A stretch of DNA of 61,788 bases from Desulfuromonadales bacterium (GCA_014859605.1 JACUTW010000004.1:1-61788); one strand, 5' to 3'. Positions 29,479 through 43,193 are shown, counted from the stretch's first letter. Program-made: numbers and translations. The notes: a model not told the origin generated them from the sequence alone.

Positions 29479-30120
29479 CTATTTCTTCTTGACCTTGATC
29501 CCTTTGCTGATCGTTACCAAGCCATTCTTCGGACCAGGAATCGCGCCTTTGACAAGAATAAGATTCTTCTCAGGACGAATTTCAATAATCTGAAGATTTT
29601 GCGTCGTAACACGCACATTGCCCATTTGACCAGCCATCTTTTTCCCTTTAAAAACCCGGGAAGGCCAGGCACTGGCACCGATACCACCGGCATGGCGATG
29701 GAACATTGAGCCATGAGTCGCACGACCGCCGGAGAAGTTCCAGCGCTTGATGACACCCTGGAAACCCTTGCCTTTACTTGTACCAGTAACGTCAATGACA
29801 TCACCGGCAGCAAAGATCGATTCACAGGAAATTGTTGAACCGACTGTAATCTCGTCGACATTATCAACGCGAAGTTCGCGCAGATACTGAAAGGCACCTT
29901 GACCTGCTTTGCGGAAATGCCCCATTTCAGGTTTATTGACGCGTTGATTCTTCTTCGCACCAAAACCGACCTGAATCGCAGAATAACCATCGGTCTCTAC
30001 GGTCTTTTTCTGCAAAACAACACATGGTCCGGCTTCTACAACTGTCACCGGTATCCGGCGACCGTCGGTCATGAAGACCTGTGTCATTCCCAGTTTTTTA
30101 CCCAGAATTCCTTTTATCAT
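29479..30120 (-). CDS. rplC: 50S ribosomal protein L3
   Basis: [16 protein letters not shown] is the L3 N-terminus. The start was moved to Met20 of the track ORF. Confidence 0.95.
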   Translation of the reverse strand: MIKGILGKKLGMTQVFMTDGRRIPVTVVEAGPCVVLQKKTVETDGYSAIQVGFGAKKNQRVNKPEMGHFRKAGQGAFQYLRELRVDNVDEITVGSTISCESIFAAGDVIDVTGTSKGKGFQGVIKRWNFSGGRATHGSMFHRHAGGIGASAWPSRVFKGKKMAGQMGNVRVTTQNLQIIEIRPEKNLILVKGAIPGPKNGLVTISKGIKVKKK

Positions 30121-30154
30121 TGTGCTACCCTTAAGCGAATTGTCGCATTGGTCT

Positions 30155-30463
30155 CTAGAGTTTAATTTCGACATCAACCCCGGCCGACAGGTCGAGTTTC
30201 ATGAGCGCGTCGACTGTCTGCTGCGTTGGCTCCAGGATGTCTAGCAAACGCTTGTGCGTCCGCATTTCAAATTGCTCACGGCTGGTTTTGTCAACATGCG
30301 GTCCACGAACGACACAGTATTTATTAATAATGGTCGGTAACGGAATCGGTCCAGCAACTCTGGCACCTGTCCGCTTTGCCGTATCGACAATCTCGCTAAC
30401 CGACAAGTCGAGCAATTTATGATCATATGCTTTTAATCTGATGCGTATTTTTTGACTCGACAT
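30155..30463 (-). CDS. rpsJ: 30S ribosomal protein S10
   Basis: [19 protein letters not shown] is the S10 N-terminus. GAGGA RBS. The track start at 30478 would abut the tuf stop codon. Confidence 0.95.
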   Translation of the reverse strand: MSSQKIRIRLKAYDHKLLDLSVSEIVDTAKRTGARVAGPIPLPTIINKYCVVRGPHVDKTSREQFEMRTHKRLLDILEPTQQTVDALMKLDLSAGVDVEIKL

Positions 30464-30478
30464 GACTCTTGTCCTCAA

Positions 30479-31678
30479 TTACTCGATAATTTCGGCAACG
30501 ACACCCGCGCCGACAGTACGACCACCTTCGCGAATGGCGAAACGCAACTCTTTGTCCATCGCAATCGGAGTGATCAGATTGACCGTCATGGCGGTGTTGT
30601 CACCGGGCATAACCATCTCGACACCTTCGGGAAGCTCGACAATCCCGGTGACGTCGGTGGTGCGGAAGTAGAACTGCGGACGATAGCCTTTGAAGAAGGG
30701 GGTATGACGGCCGCCCTCTTCTTTGGTGAGGATATATGCTTCCGCCTTGAACTTGGTGTGCGGTGTGATCGAACCGGGCTTGGCGAGAACCTGACCGCGC
30801 TCAATGTCTTCACGCTTGACGCCGCGCAGGAGGACGCCGACGTTATCGCCAGCTTGGCCCTGATCGAGGAGCTTGCGGAACATCTCGACGCCGGTGACGA
30901 CGGTCTTGGTGGTCGCTTTCATACCGACGATTTCGACATCTTCCTGAACCTTGACGATGCCGCGCTCGATACGACCGGTAGCGACGGTGCCGCGACCCGA
31001 GATGGAGAAGACGTCTTCGACCGGCATCAGGAAGGGGCGATCGATGGCGCGCTCCGGAACCGGGATAAAGCTGTCGACGGCGGCCATAAGATCCAGGACC
31101 GGCTTGCAGGCCGGACACTCGGCTTTGCCACAACCACACTCGAGAGCCTTGAGGGCACTGCCGGGGATGATCGGGGTGTCGTCGCCGGGGAAGTCGTAAA
31201 GCGAAAGGAGTTCGCGCAGTTCGAGTTCAACCAACTCCAGGAGTTCGGCATCGTCGACCATGTCGGCTTTGTTCATGAAGACGACCATAGCCGGAACGCC
31301 GACCTGACGGGCAAGCAGGATGTGCTCGCGGGTCTGGGGCATCGGACCGTCAGCGGCCGAGCAAACCAGAATCGCGCCGTCCATCTGCGCCGCTCCGGTG
31401 ATCATGTTCTTGACATAGTCGGCATGACCCGGGCAGTCAACGTGGGCATAATGGCGATTGTCGGTTTCGTACTCGACGTGTGCGGTTGAGATGGTGATGC
31501 CGCGCTCGCGCTCTTCCGGGGCCTTGTCGATCGAATCGAAGGCTTTGAACTCGGCGAGTCCCTTAGAAGCCATAACCTTGGTAATAGCTGCGGTCAGGGT
31601 CGTCTTGCCGTGGTCAACGTGACCGATCGTTCCGATATTGACGTGTGGCTTGTTTCTTTCGAATTTTGCTTTACCCAT
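30479..31678 (-). CDS. tuf: elongation factor Tu, copy 1 (str operon copy)
   Basis: 399 aa. [23 protein letters not shown]. It is located after fusA. The protein is identical to the copy at 46735-47934. Confidence 0.98.
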   Translation of the reverse strand: MGKAKFERNKPHVNIGTIGHVDHGKTTLTAAITKVMASKGLAEFKAFDSIDKAPEERERGITISTAHVEYETDNRHYAHVDCPGHADYVKNMITGAAQMDGAILVCSAADGPMPQTREHILLARQVGVPAMVVFMNKADMVDDAELLELVELELRELLSLYDFPGDDTPIIPGSALKALECGCGKAECPACKPVLDLMAAVDSFIPVPERAIDRPFLMPVEDVFSISGRGTVATGRIERGIVKVQEDVEIVGMKATTKTVVTGVEMFRKLLDQGQAGDNVGVLLRGVKREDIERGQVLAKPGSITPHTKFKAEAYILTKEEGGRHTPFFKGYRPQFYFRTTDVTGIVELPEGVEMVMPGDNTAMTVNLITPIAMDKELRFAIREGGRTVGAGVVAEIIE

Positions 31679-31682
31679 GATC
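30480..31682 (-). repeat. about 1.2-kb direct repeat, copy A (tuf CDS plus 4 nt upstream), apparently 100% identical to 46736-47938
   Basis: All six-frame ORFs overlapping the two regions translate identically, and the stretches I compared by eye are identical. Identity breaks at the first base of the stop codon (TAA versus TAG) and 5 nt upstream of the ATG. Confidence 0.85.
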
Positions 31683-31698
31683 TTTATCTCCTTTTGAC

Positions 31699-33777
31699 TT
31701 AACCTTTGACTTTAGCAACAATCTCTTCGGAAATCGCTTTAGGTACCTGCTCATAGTGATCAAAGTGCATTGAATAGGTTGCGCGACCCTGGGTTGCGCT
31801 CCGCATATCCGTTGCATATCCAAACATATTCGCGAGAGGGACATGCGCATTTATAACCTGGGCGCCACCGCGGGATTCCATACCCATGATACGACCGCGT
31901 CGGCTACTCAAATCGCCCATGACATCGCCCATATAATCATCAGGGGCAACTACTTCAACCTTCATAATCGGCTCAAGGAGTACCGGTCCGGCTTTTGCCG
32001 CACCCTCTTTGAAACCCATTGATCCGGCAATTTTAAATGCCATCTCCGAGGAGTCAACGTCATGGTAGGAGCCGTCAAAACAGGTCACCTTAACATCGAC
32101 AATCGGATAACCGGCGATAACGCCATTCGTTGCAGCTTCCTCAGCACCCTTGCCGACAGCCGGGATGTATTCTTTCGGAATAACGCCACCCTTGACTTCA
32201 TCGACAAAGACAAAACCCGAACCCGGCTCAAGAGGCTCAATGCGAATCCAGCAATCGCCGTATTGACCGCGACCACCGGACTGCCGAACAAACTTACCTT
32301 GCTGCTCGACTTTCTTGGTAATCGTTTCGCGATAAGCAACCTGGGGAGAGCCGATATTGGCTGCAACTTTAAACTCGCGAAGCATCCGATCTATGATAAT
32401 TTCGAGGTGGAGTTCGCCCATTCCCGCAAGAATAGTCTGTCCTGTCTCTTCATCGGTATGAACGCGCAGCGAAGGATCTTCATGCGCCAACTTGCCGAGG
32501 GCTACGCCCATTTTTTCCTGGTCTGCCTTGGTTTTCGGTTCGACAGCTATACTGATAACCGGCTCAGGAAACTCCATTTTCTCCAAGAGACAAGGAGTCT
32601 TTTCATCACAAAGGGTGTCACCGGTCGTGGTGTATTTCATCCCGACGGCCGCAGCAATATCACCGGAATAGACTTCTTTGATCTCTTCACGCTTATTCGC
32701 GTGCATCTTCAGAATCCGACCGAAGCGCTCGCGCTTGTCTTTGCTGGCATTCAAAACACCAGTACCGGACTCAGCAACGCCTGAATAGACACGAAAGAAG
32801 GTGAGCTGACCAACAAACGGGTCTGTCATAATCTTGAAGGCCAGCGCCGAAAAGGGGCCACTGTCGTCAGCCGGACGGGTCAACGGCTCACCATTATTAG
32901 GATTAATGCCGGCAATCGGTGGGACATCGGTCGGCGCGGGCATGTAATCGACAACTGCGTCAAGCAAATGCTGTACGCCCTTATTCTTGAAGGCAGAACC
33001 ACACAGCACCGGATTAATCTTCAGCGCTGTTGTCGCCCGACGAATACCTGACTTAATCTCGGCAATGGTTAACTCTTCGCCAAGAAGATACTTCTCCATC
33101 AGCTCATCATCATGACTGCTAATCTCTTCAATCATGGCAAGGCGCGCAGCAACAGCTTCGTCAAGGAGGTCAGCAGGGATCTCTGCGACATCGAAAGTAG
33201 CACCCAGGGACTCATCGTTCCAGGTAATCGCTTTCATCTCGACGAGGTCGATGACACCTTTAAATTTTTCTTCTTTACCAATAGGGAGCTGGATCGGGAC
33301 AGGATTGGCACGAAGACGGTCACGCATCATCTCTACGCCGCGATTAAAATCAGCGCCGATGCGATCCATCTTGTTGATGAATGCAATCCGGGGAACTCCA
33401 TACTTATCGGCTTGGCGCCACACAGTTTCGGACTGCGGCTCAACGCCACCAACCGAACAAAAAACAGCAACTGCTCCATCCAGAACACGCAAAGAACGCT
33501 CTACTTCAATAGTAAAGTCAACGTGTCCAGGCGTATCAATAATATTGATGCGGTAATCTTTCCAGATACAAGTCGTAGCCGCAGAAGTGATCGTTATGCC
33601 ACGCTCCTGCTCCTGCTCCATCCAGTCCATGGTCGCAGCACCATCATGAACTTCACCGATCTTGTGCGAAACTCCGGTGTAATAAAGAATACGCTCAGTC
33701 GTTGTGGTTTTACCGGCATCGATATGCGCCATAATCCCGATATTACGAGTCATAGCAAGTGATACTTGACGTGGCAC
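31699..33777 (-). CDS. fusA: elongation factor G
   Basis: 692 aa. (V)[38 protein letters not shown] start. Confidence 0.97.
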   Translation of the reverse strand: MPRQVSLAMTRNIGIMAHIDAGKTTTTERILYYTGVSHKIGEVHDGAATMDWMEQEQERGITITSAATTCIWKDYRINIIDTPGHVDFTIEVERSLRVLDGAVAVFCSVGGVEPQSETVWRQADKYGVPRIAFINKMDRIGADFNRGVEMMRDRLRANPVPIQLPIGKEEKFKGVIDLVEMKAITWNDESLGATFDVAEIPADLLDEAVAARLAMIEEISSHDDELMEKYLLGEELTIAEIKSGIRRATTALKINPVLCGSAFKNKGVQHLLDAVVDYMPAPTDVPPIAGINPNNGEPLTRPADDSGPFSALAFKIMTDPFVGQLTFFRVYSGVAESGTGVLNASKDKRERFGRILKMHANKREEIKEVYSGDIAAAVGMKYTTTGDTLCDEKTPCLLEKMEFPEPVISIAVEPKTKADQEKMGVALGKLAHEDPSLRVHTDEETGQTILAGMGELHLEIIIDRMLREFKVAANIGSPQVAYRETITKKVEQQGKFVRQSGGRGQYGDCWIRIEPLEPGSGFVFVDEVKGGVIPKEYIPAVGKGAEEAATNGVIAGYPIVDVKVTCFDGSYHDVDSSEMAFKIAGSMGFKEGAAKAGPVLLEPIMKVEVVAPDDYMGDVMGDLSSRRGRIMGMESRGGAQVINAHVPLANMFGYATDMRSATQGRATYSMHFDHYEQVPKAISEEIVAKVKG

Positions 33778-33805
33778 TGTTCTATCCCTTCAAGCTAGTA
33801 CGATC

Positions 33806-34276
33806 TTACCAGCGGTAGTGAGCAAAGGCTTTATTGGCTTCTGCCATGCGGTGAGTATCTTCCTTCTTCTTGATTGCCGCGCCACGATTATTCGACGCAT
33901 CAAGAATTTCACCGGCAAGACGCTCTGCCATCGTCTTTTCGCCACGGGCTCGCGCATAAATCATAATCCAGCGGATCGCCAAAGCATTACGACGCTCCTG
34001 ACGCACTTCTACCGGAACCTGATAAGTAGAACCACCGACACGACGGGACCGCACCTCAACAACCGGACGAACATTCTCCAGAGCTTTTTTAAACGCGTCC
34101 AAAGGATTTTCCGATATTTTAGCCGCAACCAGATCGAGGGCACCATACACAATGCCTTCAGCCGTACTCTTCTTGCCGCCAAACATGATAACATTCATAA
34201 ACTTTGCAACCAAACGGTCATTGTACTTAGGATCAGGCAGAATCACGCGCTTGGCAATTTCTCTTCTTCTCGGCAT
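33806..34276 (-). CDS. rpsG: 30S ribosomal protein S7
   Basis: [19 protein letters not shown] is an S7 signature. Confidence 0.97.
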   Translation of the reverse strand: MPRRREIAKRVILPDPKYNDRLVAKFMNVIMFGGKKSTAEGIVYGALDLVAAKISENPLDAFKKALENVRPVVEVRSRRVGGSTYQVPVEVRQERRNALAIRWIMIYARARGEKTMAERLAGEILDASNNRGAAIKKKEDTHRMAEANKAFAHYRW

Positions 34277-34309
34277 AACGTCCTCTCAAACTCCACTCAA
34301 AAGACTGTG

Positions 34310-34681
<372 letters not shown>

Positions 34682-34747
34682 CACTTACTCCCGAATTGCT
34701 TATTCACCATTCAAAAGAACGAGTTTTACTGGGGGGAAAACCCGCTG

Positions 34748-34776
34748 AATCTATCAATCTGACAAGTCCTTGTCAA
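34748..34776 (-). promoter_or_regulatory. sigma70-type promoter candidate for the str operon (rpsL)
   Basis: Minus strand reads TTGACA - 17 bp - TAGATT, about 67 nt upstream of the rpsL ATG. Confidence 0.5.
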
Positions 34777-34803
34777 GCGCTATTTTCATGTAACTACATT
34801 TTA

Positions 34804-37800
34804 TTATTCCAAAGGCAAATCTTCCGCCTCCGGCACTTCCGCTTCCTCGACGTAATCCTCGAAGATCTCTTCTTCCGGCGGCTCGGGAAGCTCTTCGGGT
34901 TCCTCGATCAGTAACTTGGCGCCGCGATATTTGGAGACGCCGGTACCGGCAGGAACCAGCCGACCCATGATGACGTTCTCCTTGAGCCCACGCAGGGCGT
35001 CTGTTTTACCTTCAATCGACGCCTGAGTCAAGACTTTGGTTGTCTCCTGGAAGGAGGCGGCGGAAATAAAGGATTCCGTGGAGAGGGAGGCCTTGGTAAT
35101 ACCGAGCATCAACGGCTCACCGACCGCCGGTTGCCCACCTTTGGCCATGACCCGATCATTCTCGTTTTCAAACTCCCAACGCTCGATCTGATCGTCGAGG
35201 AGGAACTTACTGTCGCCGACCTCTTTGATCCGGACGCGCCGCAACATCTGGCGAACAATGACTTCGATGTGCTTGTCATTGATCTTGACGCCCTGCAGAC
35301 GGTAAACCTCCTGAACTTCGTCAACCAGATACTTGGCGAGCTCTTTTTCACCAAGGACCCGCAAGATATCATGCGGATTGGAAGAACCATCCATCAGAGC
35401 TTCACCGGCACGGACCACATCGCCTTCATGAATACTGATGTGCTTCCCTTTGGGGATCAGATACTCTTTCGGCTCGCCAACCTCGGGGGTAACGACTACC
35501 TTGCGCTTGCCTTTGGCATCTTTTCCATAAGAGACGATACCGTCAATTTCGGAGATAATGGCAAACTCTTTCGGCTTACGCGCTTCGAAGAGCTCAGCAA
35601 CACGCGGCAAACCACCGGTGATGTCTTTGGTCTTCGTCGTTTCCCGCGGGATTTTAGCAAGAATATCACCGGCACCGACGGTCATATCGTCAGACGCAAC
35701 GATATTGACGCCGACCGGAAGCATGTAACGGGCAGGAGCACCGTTGGAAAGCCGCAAGGTCTTCCCTTCGGCATCTTTCAAGGTGATCCGGGGACGACGA
35801 TCCGCATCTTTCGATTCGATAATGACTTTACGCGACAGTCCCGTCACCTCGTCAAGTTGCTCTTCCATCGTCAGACCCTCGACGATATCCCCGAACTTGA
35901 CCTGTCCGGCGACCTCGGTGAGGATCGGCATGGTGTACGGGTCCCATTCGGCAAGGAGCATTCCTGCCTTGACTTCACCGTCAGGGCCGACACGCAGGCG
36001 GGCACCGTAAACCAGACCATAACGTTCACGCTCGCGGCCGGTCTCGTCAACAATAGCGACTTCCCCGTTACGGTTCATGACGACAAAATAACCCTGGGCG
36101 TCGACAACCGTATTGAGGTTGATAAACTTGACCTTGCCTTCAAAACGCGTTTCCAGCGAGGTCTGTTCAGCGCGCCGCGATGCGGTTCCGCCGATGTGGA
36201 AGGTACGCATCGTCAGCTGAGTACCCGGCTCACCGATCGATTGTGCCGCAATGACACCGACCGCTTCGCCAAGGTTGACCATGTGTCCACGCGCCAGGTC
36301 GCGGCCGTAGCAGGTCGCACAGATCCCGCGGCGGCTTTGACAGGACAGGACCGAACGGATTTTGAGCTTTTCGATTCCGGCCTCATCAATACAGGCGACC
36401 AGATCCTCATCGATCTCCTGATTCGCTTCGACCAAGACCGCGCCGGTGACCGGATCATGAACATCTTCGAGAGAGGCACGCCCAAGAATACGATCGCCAA
36501 GGGGCTCAATAACCTCGCCGCCCTCAGTCAGGGAGGAAACCAAAATCCCGTCAAAGGTGCCGCAGTCGCTTTCGCTGATAATCGCGTCCTGCGCGACGTC
36601 GACCAGACGACGGGTCAGGTAACCCGAGTTCGCCGTTTTGAGCGCCGTATCCGCGAGACCTTTACGAGCACCGTGTGTCGAAATAAAGTACTGCAGCACC
36701 GTCAAACCTTCACGGAAGTTTGCAGTAATCGGGGTTTCGATAATCTCTCCGGACGGCTTGGCCATCAATCCGCGCATACCGGCGAGCTGACGGATCTGCT
36801 GGGCACTACCACGCGCGCCCGAATCAGCCATCATATGAATGGCGTTGAAGGATGTCGTCTTGACTGTCTCACCACTGGCAGGGTCGACAAGTTCATCGAC
36901 AGAGAGATTGCCCAACATCGTCTGGGCGATATCTTCCGTACATTTGGCCCAGATATCGATGACCTTATTGTAACGCTCGCCATCGGTGATCAGGCCTTCA
37001 GTATATTGCGACTGGATCTCTTTGACCTCGGTGACAGAACCGGTGATCCGCTCTTCCTTGCCGGCAGGGATGACCATGTCGTCAAGACAGATCGAGATAC
37101 CGGAAATCGTCGAAAAGCGATAGCCGGTCTCTTTCAGGCGATCAGCAAGAATGACCGTCTCCTTATTACCGGCGAGGCGGAAGCAGGTGTCGATAAGATC
37201 AGCAACATGCTTCTTGGTCATAACCTGATTGACATGGAAAAAGGGGATTTGCACTGGAAGAATTTCACTCAGCAGTATCCTGCCGACGGTCGTCTCAACA
37301 ATTTCCCGCGGGGCACCCAGGAAAGGGACAAGACGAACCTTAATCTTGGCCTGCAGATCCGCTTCCCCGGCATCATAGGCAATGCGCACTTCTTCAGGAG
37401 AAGAAAAGATTTTGCCGGAACCCTTGGTGAAGGGGCGTTCTCGGGTCATATAATAGATTCCGAGGACCATGTCCTGCGACGGCACGATGATCGGCTTACC
37501 GTTGGCCGGGGAAAGGATATTGTTCGTCGACATCATCAGGACGCGAGCCTCAATCTGGCTCTCGATCGACAAAGGCAGATGGACCGCCATCTGGTCACCG
37601 TCAAAGTCCGCGTTGAAAGCTGTACAGACCAGAGGATGAAGCTGGATCGCTTTGCCTTCGATCAGAATCGGCTCAAAAGCCTGGATACCAAGACGATGCA
37701 GGGTCGGGGCGCGGTTAAGCATGACCGGATGTTCTTTGATGACTTCATCTAGGACGTCCCAGACCTCCGGCTTTTCCTTCTCCACCATCTTCTTGGCGCT

Positions 37801-38985
37801 CTTGATCGTCGTGCAATGACCGCGTTCTTCGAGTTTGTTGTAAATAAACGGCTTGAAGAGTTCCAAAGCCATCTTCTTCGGCAAGCCGCACTGATGCAGC
37901 TTCAGTTCGGGCCCGACAACGATGACCGAACGACCGGAATAATCGACACGCTTACCGAGGAGGTTCTGGCGAAAACGGCCACCCTTCCCTTTGAGCATGT
38001 CGGAAAGGGATTTCAAAGGACGCTTGTTCGGGCCGGTAATCGCCCGACCGCGACGGCCATTATCAAAGAGAGCGTCAACGGCTTCCTGCAGCATGCGCTT
38101 TTCATTGCGAATGATGACTTCGGGGGCGCGCAGCTCAAGGAGACGCTTCAAGCGATTATTCCGGTTAATGACCCGGCGATAAAGGTCGTTGAGGTCACTG
38201 GTCGCAAAACGACCACCATCAAGAGGGACCAAGGGACGCAGTTCCGGCGGCAGGACCGGGAGGACTTCGAGAATCATCCATTCCGGCCGATTGCCACTTT
38301 CCCGGAAGGCTTCGACCACCTTGAGACGCTTGGAAACTTTTTTACGTTTGGCCTCGCTAACCGCTTCCCGCATTTCCGCCCGAAGAGAAGTGCCCAGCGC
38401 TTCGAGATCAAGACCACTGAGGAGATCACGAATCGCTTCCGCCCCCATCCTGGCCGTAAACTGACCGGCAAACTCGTCCATCATCTCGACATACTTCTCT
38501 TCAGAAAGGCACTGACCTTTGAGCAGAGAGGTATCACCTTTATCGATGACTACATAAGCATCGAAATAAAGAATCTTTTCCAGTTCTTTCAGCGTCATAT
38601 CCAGAAGCGTCCCGATGCGACTCGGCAGCGACTTCAAAAACCAGATATGAGCGACCGGGCAGGCCAGGTCGATATGCCCGAGACGCTCACGCCGAACCTT
38701 GCTGGGGATGACTTCCACACCGCACTTCTCACAGACGATGCCGCGATGCTTCATGCGTTTATATTTGCCGCAATTGCACTCGTAATCTTTGGTCGGTCCA
38801 AAGATTTTAGCGCAGAAGAGGCCATCACGTTCCGGCTTAAAGGTCCGATAATTAATCGTCTCCGGTTTTTTTACTTCACCGAAGGAACGCTCGTGAATCT
38901 TCTCCGGAGAGGAGAGAGAGAGACGAATAGAATTGAAGCTTAAGGGATCCTTCGGGAGCTCAAAGAGACTGTAGATATCTTCCAA
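34804..38985 (-). CDS. rpoC: DNA-directed RNA polymerase subunit beta'
   Basis: 1393 aa. [15 protein letters not shown], the Zn finger [20 protein letters not shown], and the NADFDGD catalytic motif. AAGGAGG lies 5 nt before a TTG start. Confidence 0.97.
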   Translation of the reverse strand: MEDIYSLFELPKDPLSFNSIRLSLSSPEKIHERSFGEVKKPETINYRTFKPERDGLFCAKIFGPTKDYECNCGKYKRMKHRGIVCEKCGVEVIPSKVRRERLGHIDLACPVAHIWFLKSLPSRIGTLLDMTLKELEKILYFDAYVVIDKGDTSLLKGQCLSEEKYVEMMDEFAGQFTARMGAEAIRDLLSGLDLEALGTSLRAEMREAVSEAKRKKVSKRLKVVEAFRESGNRPEWMILEVLPVLPPELRPLVPLDGGRFATSDLNDLYRRVINRNNRLKRLLELRAPEVIIRNEKRMLQEAVDALFDNGRRGRAITGPNKRPLKSLSDMLKGKGGRFRQNLLGKRVDYSGRSVIVVGPELKLHQCGLPKKMALELFKPFIYNKLEERGHCTTIKSAKKMVEKEKPEVWDVLDEVIKEHPVMLNRAPTLHRLGIQAFEPILIEGKAIQLHPLVCTAFNADFDGDQMAVHLPLSIESQIEARVLMMSTNNILSPANGKPIIVPSQDMVLGIYYMTRERPFTKGSGKIFSSPEEVRIAYDAGEADLQAKIKVRLVPFLGAPREIVETTVGRILLSEILPVQIPFFHVNQVMTKKHVADLIDTCFRLAGNKETVILADRLKETGYRFSTISGISICLDDMVIPAGKEERITGSVTEVKEIQSQYTEGLITDGERYNKVIDIWAKCTEDIAQTMLGNLSVDELVDPASGETVKTTSFNAIHMMADSGARGSAQQIRQLAGMRGLMAKPSGEIIETPITANFREGLTVLQYFISTHGARKGLADTALKTANSGYLTRRLVDVAQDAIISESDCGTFDGILVSSLTEGGEVIEPLGDRILGRASLEDVHDPVTGAVLVEANQEIDEDLVACIDEAGIEKLKIRSVLSCQSRRGICATCYGRDLARGHMVNLGEAVGVIAAQSIGEPGTQLTMRTFHIGGTASRRAEQTSLETRFEGKVKFINLNTVVDAQGYFVVMNRNGEVAIVDETGRERERYGLVYGARLRVGPDGEVKAGMLLAEWDPYTMPILTEVAGQVKFGDIVEGLTMEEQLDEVTGLSRKVIIESKDADRRPRITLKDAEGKTLRLSNGAPARYMLPVGVNIVASDDMTVGAGDILAKIPRETTKTKDITGGLPRVAELFEARKPKEFAIISEIDGIVSYGKDAKGKRKVVVTPEVGEPKEYLIPKGKHISIHEGDVVRAGEALMDGSSNPHDILRVLGEKELAKYLVDEVQEVYRLQGVKINDKHIEVIVRQMLRRVRIKEVGDSKFLLDDQIERWEFENENDRVMAKGGQPAVGEPLMLGITKASLSTESFISAASFQETTKVLTQASIEGKTDALRGLKENVIMGRLVPAGTGVSKYRGAKLLIEEPEELPEPPEEEIFEDYVEEAEVPEAEDLPLE

Positions 38986-39040
38986 GGCATCCTCCTTGTG
39001 GGATGGTTGGTTGTTTTTATACGTGTCAAAACGTTTGCCC

Positions 39041-39073
39041 CTGCTGATCGCCCGTATGCAGGGCCATCAGCAG
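39041..39073 (-). other. intergenic rpoB-rpoC stem-loop of unknown role
   Basis: CTGCTGAT-C-GCCC / GTATGCA / GGGC-C-ATCAGCAG: 12 pairs with one C-C mismatch, 14 nt after the rpoB stop. Confidence 0.3.
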
Positions 39074-39086
39074 AGACAAAGCGCAC

Positions 39087-42000
39087 TTATTCCTCTTCTT
39101 CAAGTAACTCAACGTCGAGGCAGAGCGACTGGAGCTCTTTGATCAAGACGTTGAAGGATTCGGGGAGACCAGCTTCCAGGGTGTGTTTGCCCTTGACAAT
39201 CGCCTCGTAAATCCTGGTTCTTCCCGCCACGTCGTCAGACTTGACCGTGAGGAATTCCTGCAGAGCATGGGCCGCACCATAAGCTTCAAGTGCCCAGACC
39301 TCCATCTCACCGAGTCGCTGTCCACCGAATTGAGCCTTGCCACCCAAAGGCTGCTGGGTGACGAGACTGTAAGGACCGATCGAACGGGCATGGATCTTAT
39401 CGTCAACAAGATGATGCAGTTTCAGGATATACATAATCCCGACCGTAACCTTCTCTTTGAAGGCTTCACCGGTCTTGCCGTTGTAAAGGGTCATCTGACC
39501 GCTCTCCGGCATGCCGGCCTTGCTCATCTCACTCTTCATTTGTGCTTCGTTGACCCCTTCAAAGACCGGAGAGGCCATCGGAACACCTTTTGCCAAGCGC
39601 TTTGCCAGAGTGCGGATGTCGTCTTCATCAAGGGTATCGATAAAGGCATTCATCTCTTCCTGGCCATAAGCACTCTTGATCTGCGCCCGCAACTTGTCCG
39701 GGTGATAATGCTCATCCATGTGCTTCTGGATTTGCAAACCAAGACCGCGAGCCGCCATGCCGAGATGGATCTCAAGTATCTGGCCGACGTTCATACGGGA
39801 AGGTACGCCGAGAGGATTAAGAACTATCTCCACTGGGGTACCATCGGCCATATACGGCATATCTTCGACCGGCAGGATGCGGGAAAGGACACCCTTGTTA
39901 CCGTGCCGGCCAGCCATCTTGTCGCCGACCGAGAGTTTCCTCTTGATCGCGATATAGACTTTGACCATTTTGATCACGCCGGGAGGGAGATCATCGCCAC
40001 GCTTGAGCTTTTCAATCTTGTCGCTGAAGACACTGCGGATCAGATCTTCCCGTTCGGCAAGACGGGCCAGGAGATGGAGAACCTTCTCTTCGATCTCTTC
40101 AGCGTCGAGGAGTGAAAGCTCGCGCCATTGCCGCAAGGGGAGAATTTCCAAGGCTGCAGCCGTAATCTTCTTCCCTTTACCGATAATAGTCTGTCCATCC
40201 GGAGTCACAATCGAAGTAGCAACGGTCTGACCTTCAAGGAGCGCCGCCAGCTTGCTTTTCGAAGAAGTGCGGATAATACGGACTTCATCATCCTGATCCT
40301 TGAGCAACTTCTCGATCTCGGCCTTCTCGATCGAATCGGTCCGGCTATCTTTATCGGCACCTTTACGCGAGAAGATCCGCGCACCGATGACGACCCCTTC
40401 GACCCCGGGCGGAACACGCAAGGAGGTGTCACGCACATCGCCGGCTTTTTCGCCGAAGATAGCGCGCAAAAGCTTCTCTTCAGGAGAGAGCTGAGTCTCC
40501 CCTTTCGGTGTAATTTTGCCGACCAGAATATCGCCGGGCAACACTTCGGCGCCGATACGGATGATACCACTTTCGTCGAGGTTAGCCAGGGCATCTTCCC
40601 CAAGGTTGGGAATGTCAGCGGTGATCTCCTCCTTCCCCAGCTTGGTATCGCGGGCCACACATTCGAACTCTTCTATATGAATGGAGGTGTAACGATCTTC
40701 CTGCAGCAGCTTTTCGGAGATGAGGATCGAGTCCTCGAAGTTGTAGCCTTCCCAGGGCATGAAGGCGACAACCACATTCTGACCGAGAGCGAGTTCGCCC
40801 CACTGTGTCGAGGGGCCGTCAGCGATAATCTCGCCCCGCCGCACCTTGTCCCCGACCTTGACGATCGGATGCTGGTTGAGGCAGGTATTCTGGTTGGAGC
40901 GAATAAACTTGATCAGGTTGTAGATATCGACGCCGGTCCCCATCTCATCGACTTCATTTTCATCGATCTTAACGACAACGCGGGCAGCATCGACACTTTC
41001 CACCACACCGTTATGCCGGGCAACCACGGCAGCTCCGGAGTCATGGGCGACAATCCGCTCCATGCCCGTCCCGACCAAAGGAGCATCGGCGCGCAGCAAC
41101 GGCACGGCCTGACGCTGCATGTTCGAACCCATCAGGGCGCGGTTAGCATCGTCGTTTTCAAGGAACGGAATCAACGATGCCGCCACCGAAACCAGCTGCT
41201 TCGGTGAAACGTCCATGAGTTCGACCTCTGATCGGTCAATCAGCATGAATTCGCCGGTGTTACGAACGTTGACCAACTCGTTGACAAAGGTACCGTCTTC
41301 ATTGAGAGGAGCATTTGCCTGGGCGATTGGATGCCCTTCCTCCTCCAGAGCGGAGAAGTAACGAATCTCAGTGGTAACAACGCCATCACGAACGATGCGA
41401 TAGGGCGTTTCGACGAACCCATGTTCGTTAATACGGGCGTAAGTCGAAAGCGAGGCAATCAGACCGATGTTCGGCCCCTCCGGGGTCTCAATCGGACAAA
41501 CACGGCCATAATGGGTCGGATGGACGTCACGGACTTCAAAGCCGGCGCGCTCACGGGTGAGACCGCCAGGTCCGAGCGCCGAAAGACGCCGTTTATGCGT
41601 GATTTCCGAGAGCGGATTGGTTTGATCCATAAATTGCGAAAGCTGCGAAGAGCCGAAAAACTCTTTGACAACCGCAGAGACCGGTTTGGAGTTGATCAGG
41701 TCGTGCGGCATCAAACTGTCGATATCCTGTAGGCTCATGCGCTCTTTGATCGCCCGCTCCATGCGCACAAGTCCGACACGGTACTGATTTTCCAGCAACT
41801 CGCCAACGGCCCGGACCCGCCGGTTACCGAGATGATCGATGTCGTCGATCGTCCCCTTGCCGTTACGCAGATCGATCAGATAACGCACAACTTGGAGGAT
41901 ATCCTCTTTGGTCAGGGTCGTATGATCAAGGGGCGTCGCCAGTCCGAGTTTGTAATTGATCTTGAGTCGCCCGACCGGGGAGAGATCATAACGCTCGGCG

Positions 42001-43193
42001 TTGTAAAAAAGGCTTTCAAAGAGTGCCGTTGCACTTCGAACGGTCGGGGGATCACCAGGACGGAGGCGACGATAAATCTCGATAATCGCATTCTCCGGCG
42101 AATCGATGCGATCCTGCAGCAAGGTTTCGCGCAGATACGAACCGACGTAGAGATTATCGATAAAGAGAACCTTGATCTCCTTGATCTCACTGGCGCGAAT
42201 CCGGGCGAGTTTGTCGGCAGTGATCTCCTGATTGCACTCAAGCAGCAGTTCGCCGGTCGCCGGATCAGCAATATCAGTCGAAGCGATTTTACCTAGGACT
42301 TCGTTTTCATCAATATCGATGATTTCGATGCCCTTTTCGGCGAGTTTCTTAATCGCAGCCTTGGTGAACTTGCGGTTCGCCTTGACGATAACTTCACCAT
42401 CATTGGCAACGACATCGGCCGCAGAACGCTGACCGGCAAGGAGTTCAATGTTGACACGCTTACGATAGACATCCCCCTCAAAGAGAAGTGTCTCCGTATT
42501 ATAATAATAATTCAGAAGCTCTTCGGTCGAATATCCCAGAGCCTTGAGCAGCACCGTTGCCGGCAGCTTGCGGCGCCGGTCAATCCGCACCCAGAGGATA
42601 TCCTTGTGGTCGAAATCGAAATCGAGCCAGGAACCGCGGTAAGGGATAATTCGGGCGCTGTAAAGAATCTTTCCGCTCGAATGCGTCTTCCCTTTGTCGT
42701 GGTCAAAAAAGACCCCCGGAGAGCGGTGCAACTGACTGACGATGACCCGCTCAGTACCGTTAATGATAAAAGTACCATTTTCGGTCATCAAGGGGATCTC
42801 ACCGAAGTAGACCTCTTGTTCCTTGATGTCACGAATCGATTGAACTCCGGATTCCTTGTCGACATCCCAGGAGACCAGGCGGACGCGAACCTTAACCGGA
42901 GAGGCAAAGGTCATGCCGCGCTGATGGCACTCCTCAACGTCATATTTCGGTGTACCGAGCGTGTACGACACATATTCGAGAGAACAACTATCGGTGAAGT
43001 CACGGATCGGAAAGACCGACCGGAAAACCGCTTCGAGACCGATGATCTGCCTCGCGGAGGGAGGAAGTTCCGCCTGAAGAAAACGTTTATACGAATTCTT
43101 CTGGATATCGATGAGGTTAGGAATATCGATGATCTTTTTGCTTAAGGCGAAGTGTTTCCTCAGAAGCTGGTTATTCGCGATCGAATAAGCCAT
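39087..43193 (-). CDS. rpoB: DNA-directed RNA polymerase subunit beta
   Basis: 1368 aa. [16 protein letters not shown]-terminus, the rifampicin-cluster region [34 protein letters not shown], and [22 protein letters not shown] before Met13 of the track ORF. Confidence 0.97.
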   Translation of the reverse strand: MAYSIANNQLLRKHFALSKKIIDIPNLIDIQKNSYKRFLQAELPPSARQIIGLEAVFRSVFPIRDFTDSCSLEYVSYTLGTPKYDVEECHQRGMTFASPVKVRVRLVSWDVDKESGVQSIRDIKEQEVYFGEIPLMTENGTFIINGTERVIVSQLHRSPGVFFDHDKGKTHSSGKILYSARIIPYRGSWLDFDFDHKDILWVRIDRRRKLPATVLLKALGYSTEELLNYYYNTETLLFEGDVYRKRVNIELLAGQRSAADVVANDGEVIVKANRKFTKAAIKKLAEKGIEIIDIDENEVLGKIASTDIADPATGELLLECNQEITADKLARIRASEIKEIKVLFIDNLYVGSYLRETLLQDRIDSPENAIIEIYRRLRPGDPPTVRSATALFESLFYNAERYDLSPVGRLKINYKLGLATPLDHTTLTKEDILQVVRYLIDLRNGKGTIDDIDHLGNRRVRAVGELLENQYRVGLVRMERAIKERMSLQDIDSLMPHDLINSKPVSAVVKEFFGSSQLSQFMDQTNPLSEITHKRRLSALGPGGLTRERAGFEVRDVHPTHYGRVCPIETPEGPNIGLIASLSTYARINEHGFVETPYRIVRDGVVTTEIRYFSALEEEGHPIAQANAPLNEDGTFVNELVNVRNTGEFMLIDRSEVELMDVSPKQLVSVAASLIPFLENDDANRALMGSNMQRQAVPLLRADAPLVGTGMERIVAHDSGAAVVARHNGVVESVDAARVVVKIDENEVDEMGTGVDIYNLIKFIRSNQNTCLNQHPIVKVGDKVRRGEIIADGPSTQWGELALGQNVVVAFMPWEGYNFEDSILISEKLLQEDRYTSIHIEEFECVARDTKLGKEEITADIPNLGEDALANLDESGIIRIGAEVLPGDILVGKITPKGETQLSPEEKLLRAIFGEKAGDVRDTSLRVPPGVEGVVIGARIFSRKGADKDSRTDSIEKAEIEKLLKDQDDEVRIIRTSSKSKLAALLEGQTVATSIVTPDGQTIIGKGKKITAAALEILPLRQWRELSLLDAEEIEEKVLHLLARLAEREDLIRSVFSDKIEKLKRGDDLPPGVIKMVKVYIAIKRKLSVGDKMAGRHGNKGVLSRILPVEDMPYMADGTPVEIVLNPLGVPSRMNVGQILEIHLGMAARGLGLQIQKHMDEHYHPDKLRAQIKSAYGQEEMNAFIDTLDEDDIRTLAKRLAKGVPMASPVFEGVNEAQMKSEMSKAGMPESGQMTLYNGKTGEAFKEKVTVGIMYILKLHHLVDDKIHARSIGPYSLVTQQPLGGKAQFGGQRLGEMEVWALEAYGAAHALQEFLTVKSDDVAGRTRIYEAIVKGKHTLEAGLPESFNVLIKELQSLCLDVELLEEEE

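Noticed and set aside
30452-31489. A 345-aa plus-strand ORF antisense to tuf, with a twin at 46696-47745.
   Set aside because: It is an antisense shadow of EF-Tu. It is duplicated only because the tuf repeat is duplicated.
34761-34776. The inverted repeat TGACAAG-TC-CTTGTCA downstream of rpoC, considered as a possible rpoC terminator.
   Set aside because: The loop is only 2 nt and there is no U-tract. One arm is the TTGACA -35 box of the rpsL promoter candidate, which explains it better.
35131-37752. An 873-aa plus-strand ORF, together with 37816-38943, 39183-40115, 40128-41207 and others, lying opposite rpoC and rpoB.
   Set aside because: These are exact antisense shadows of genes with unmistakable RNA polymerase homology. 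Their products are low-complexity and Arg/Gly/Asp-rich, with no motifs and no RBS. Long stop-free antisense frames are expected with this codon bias.
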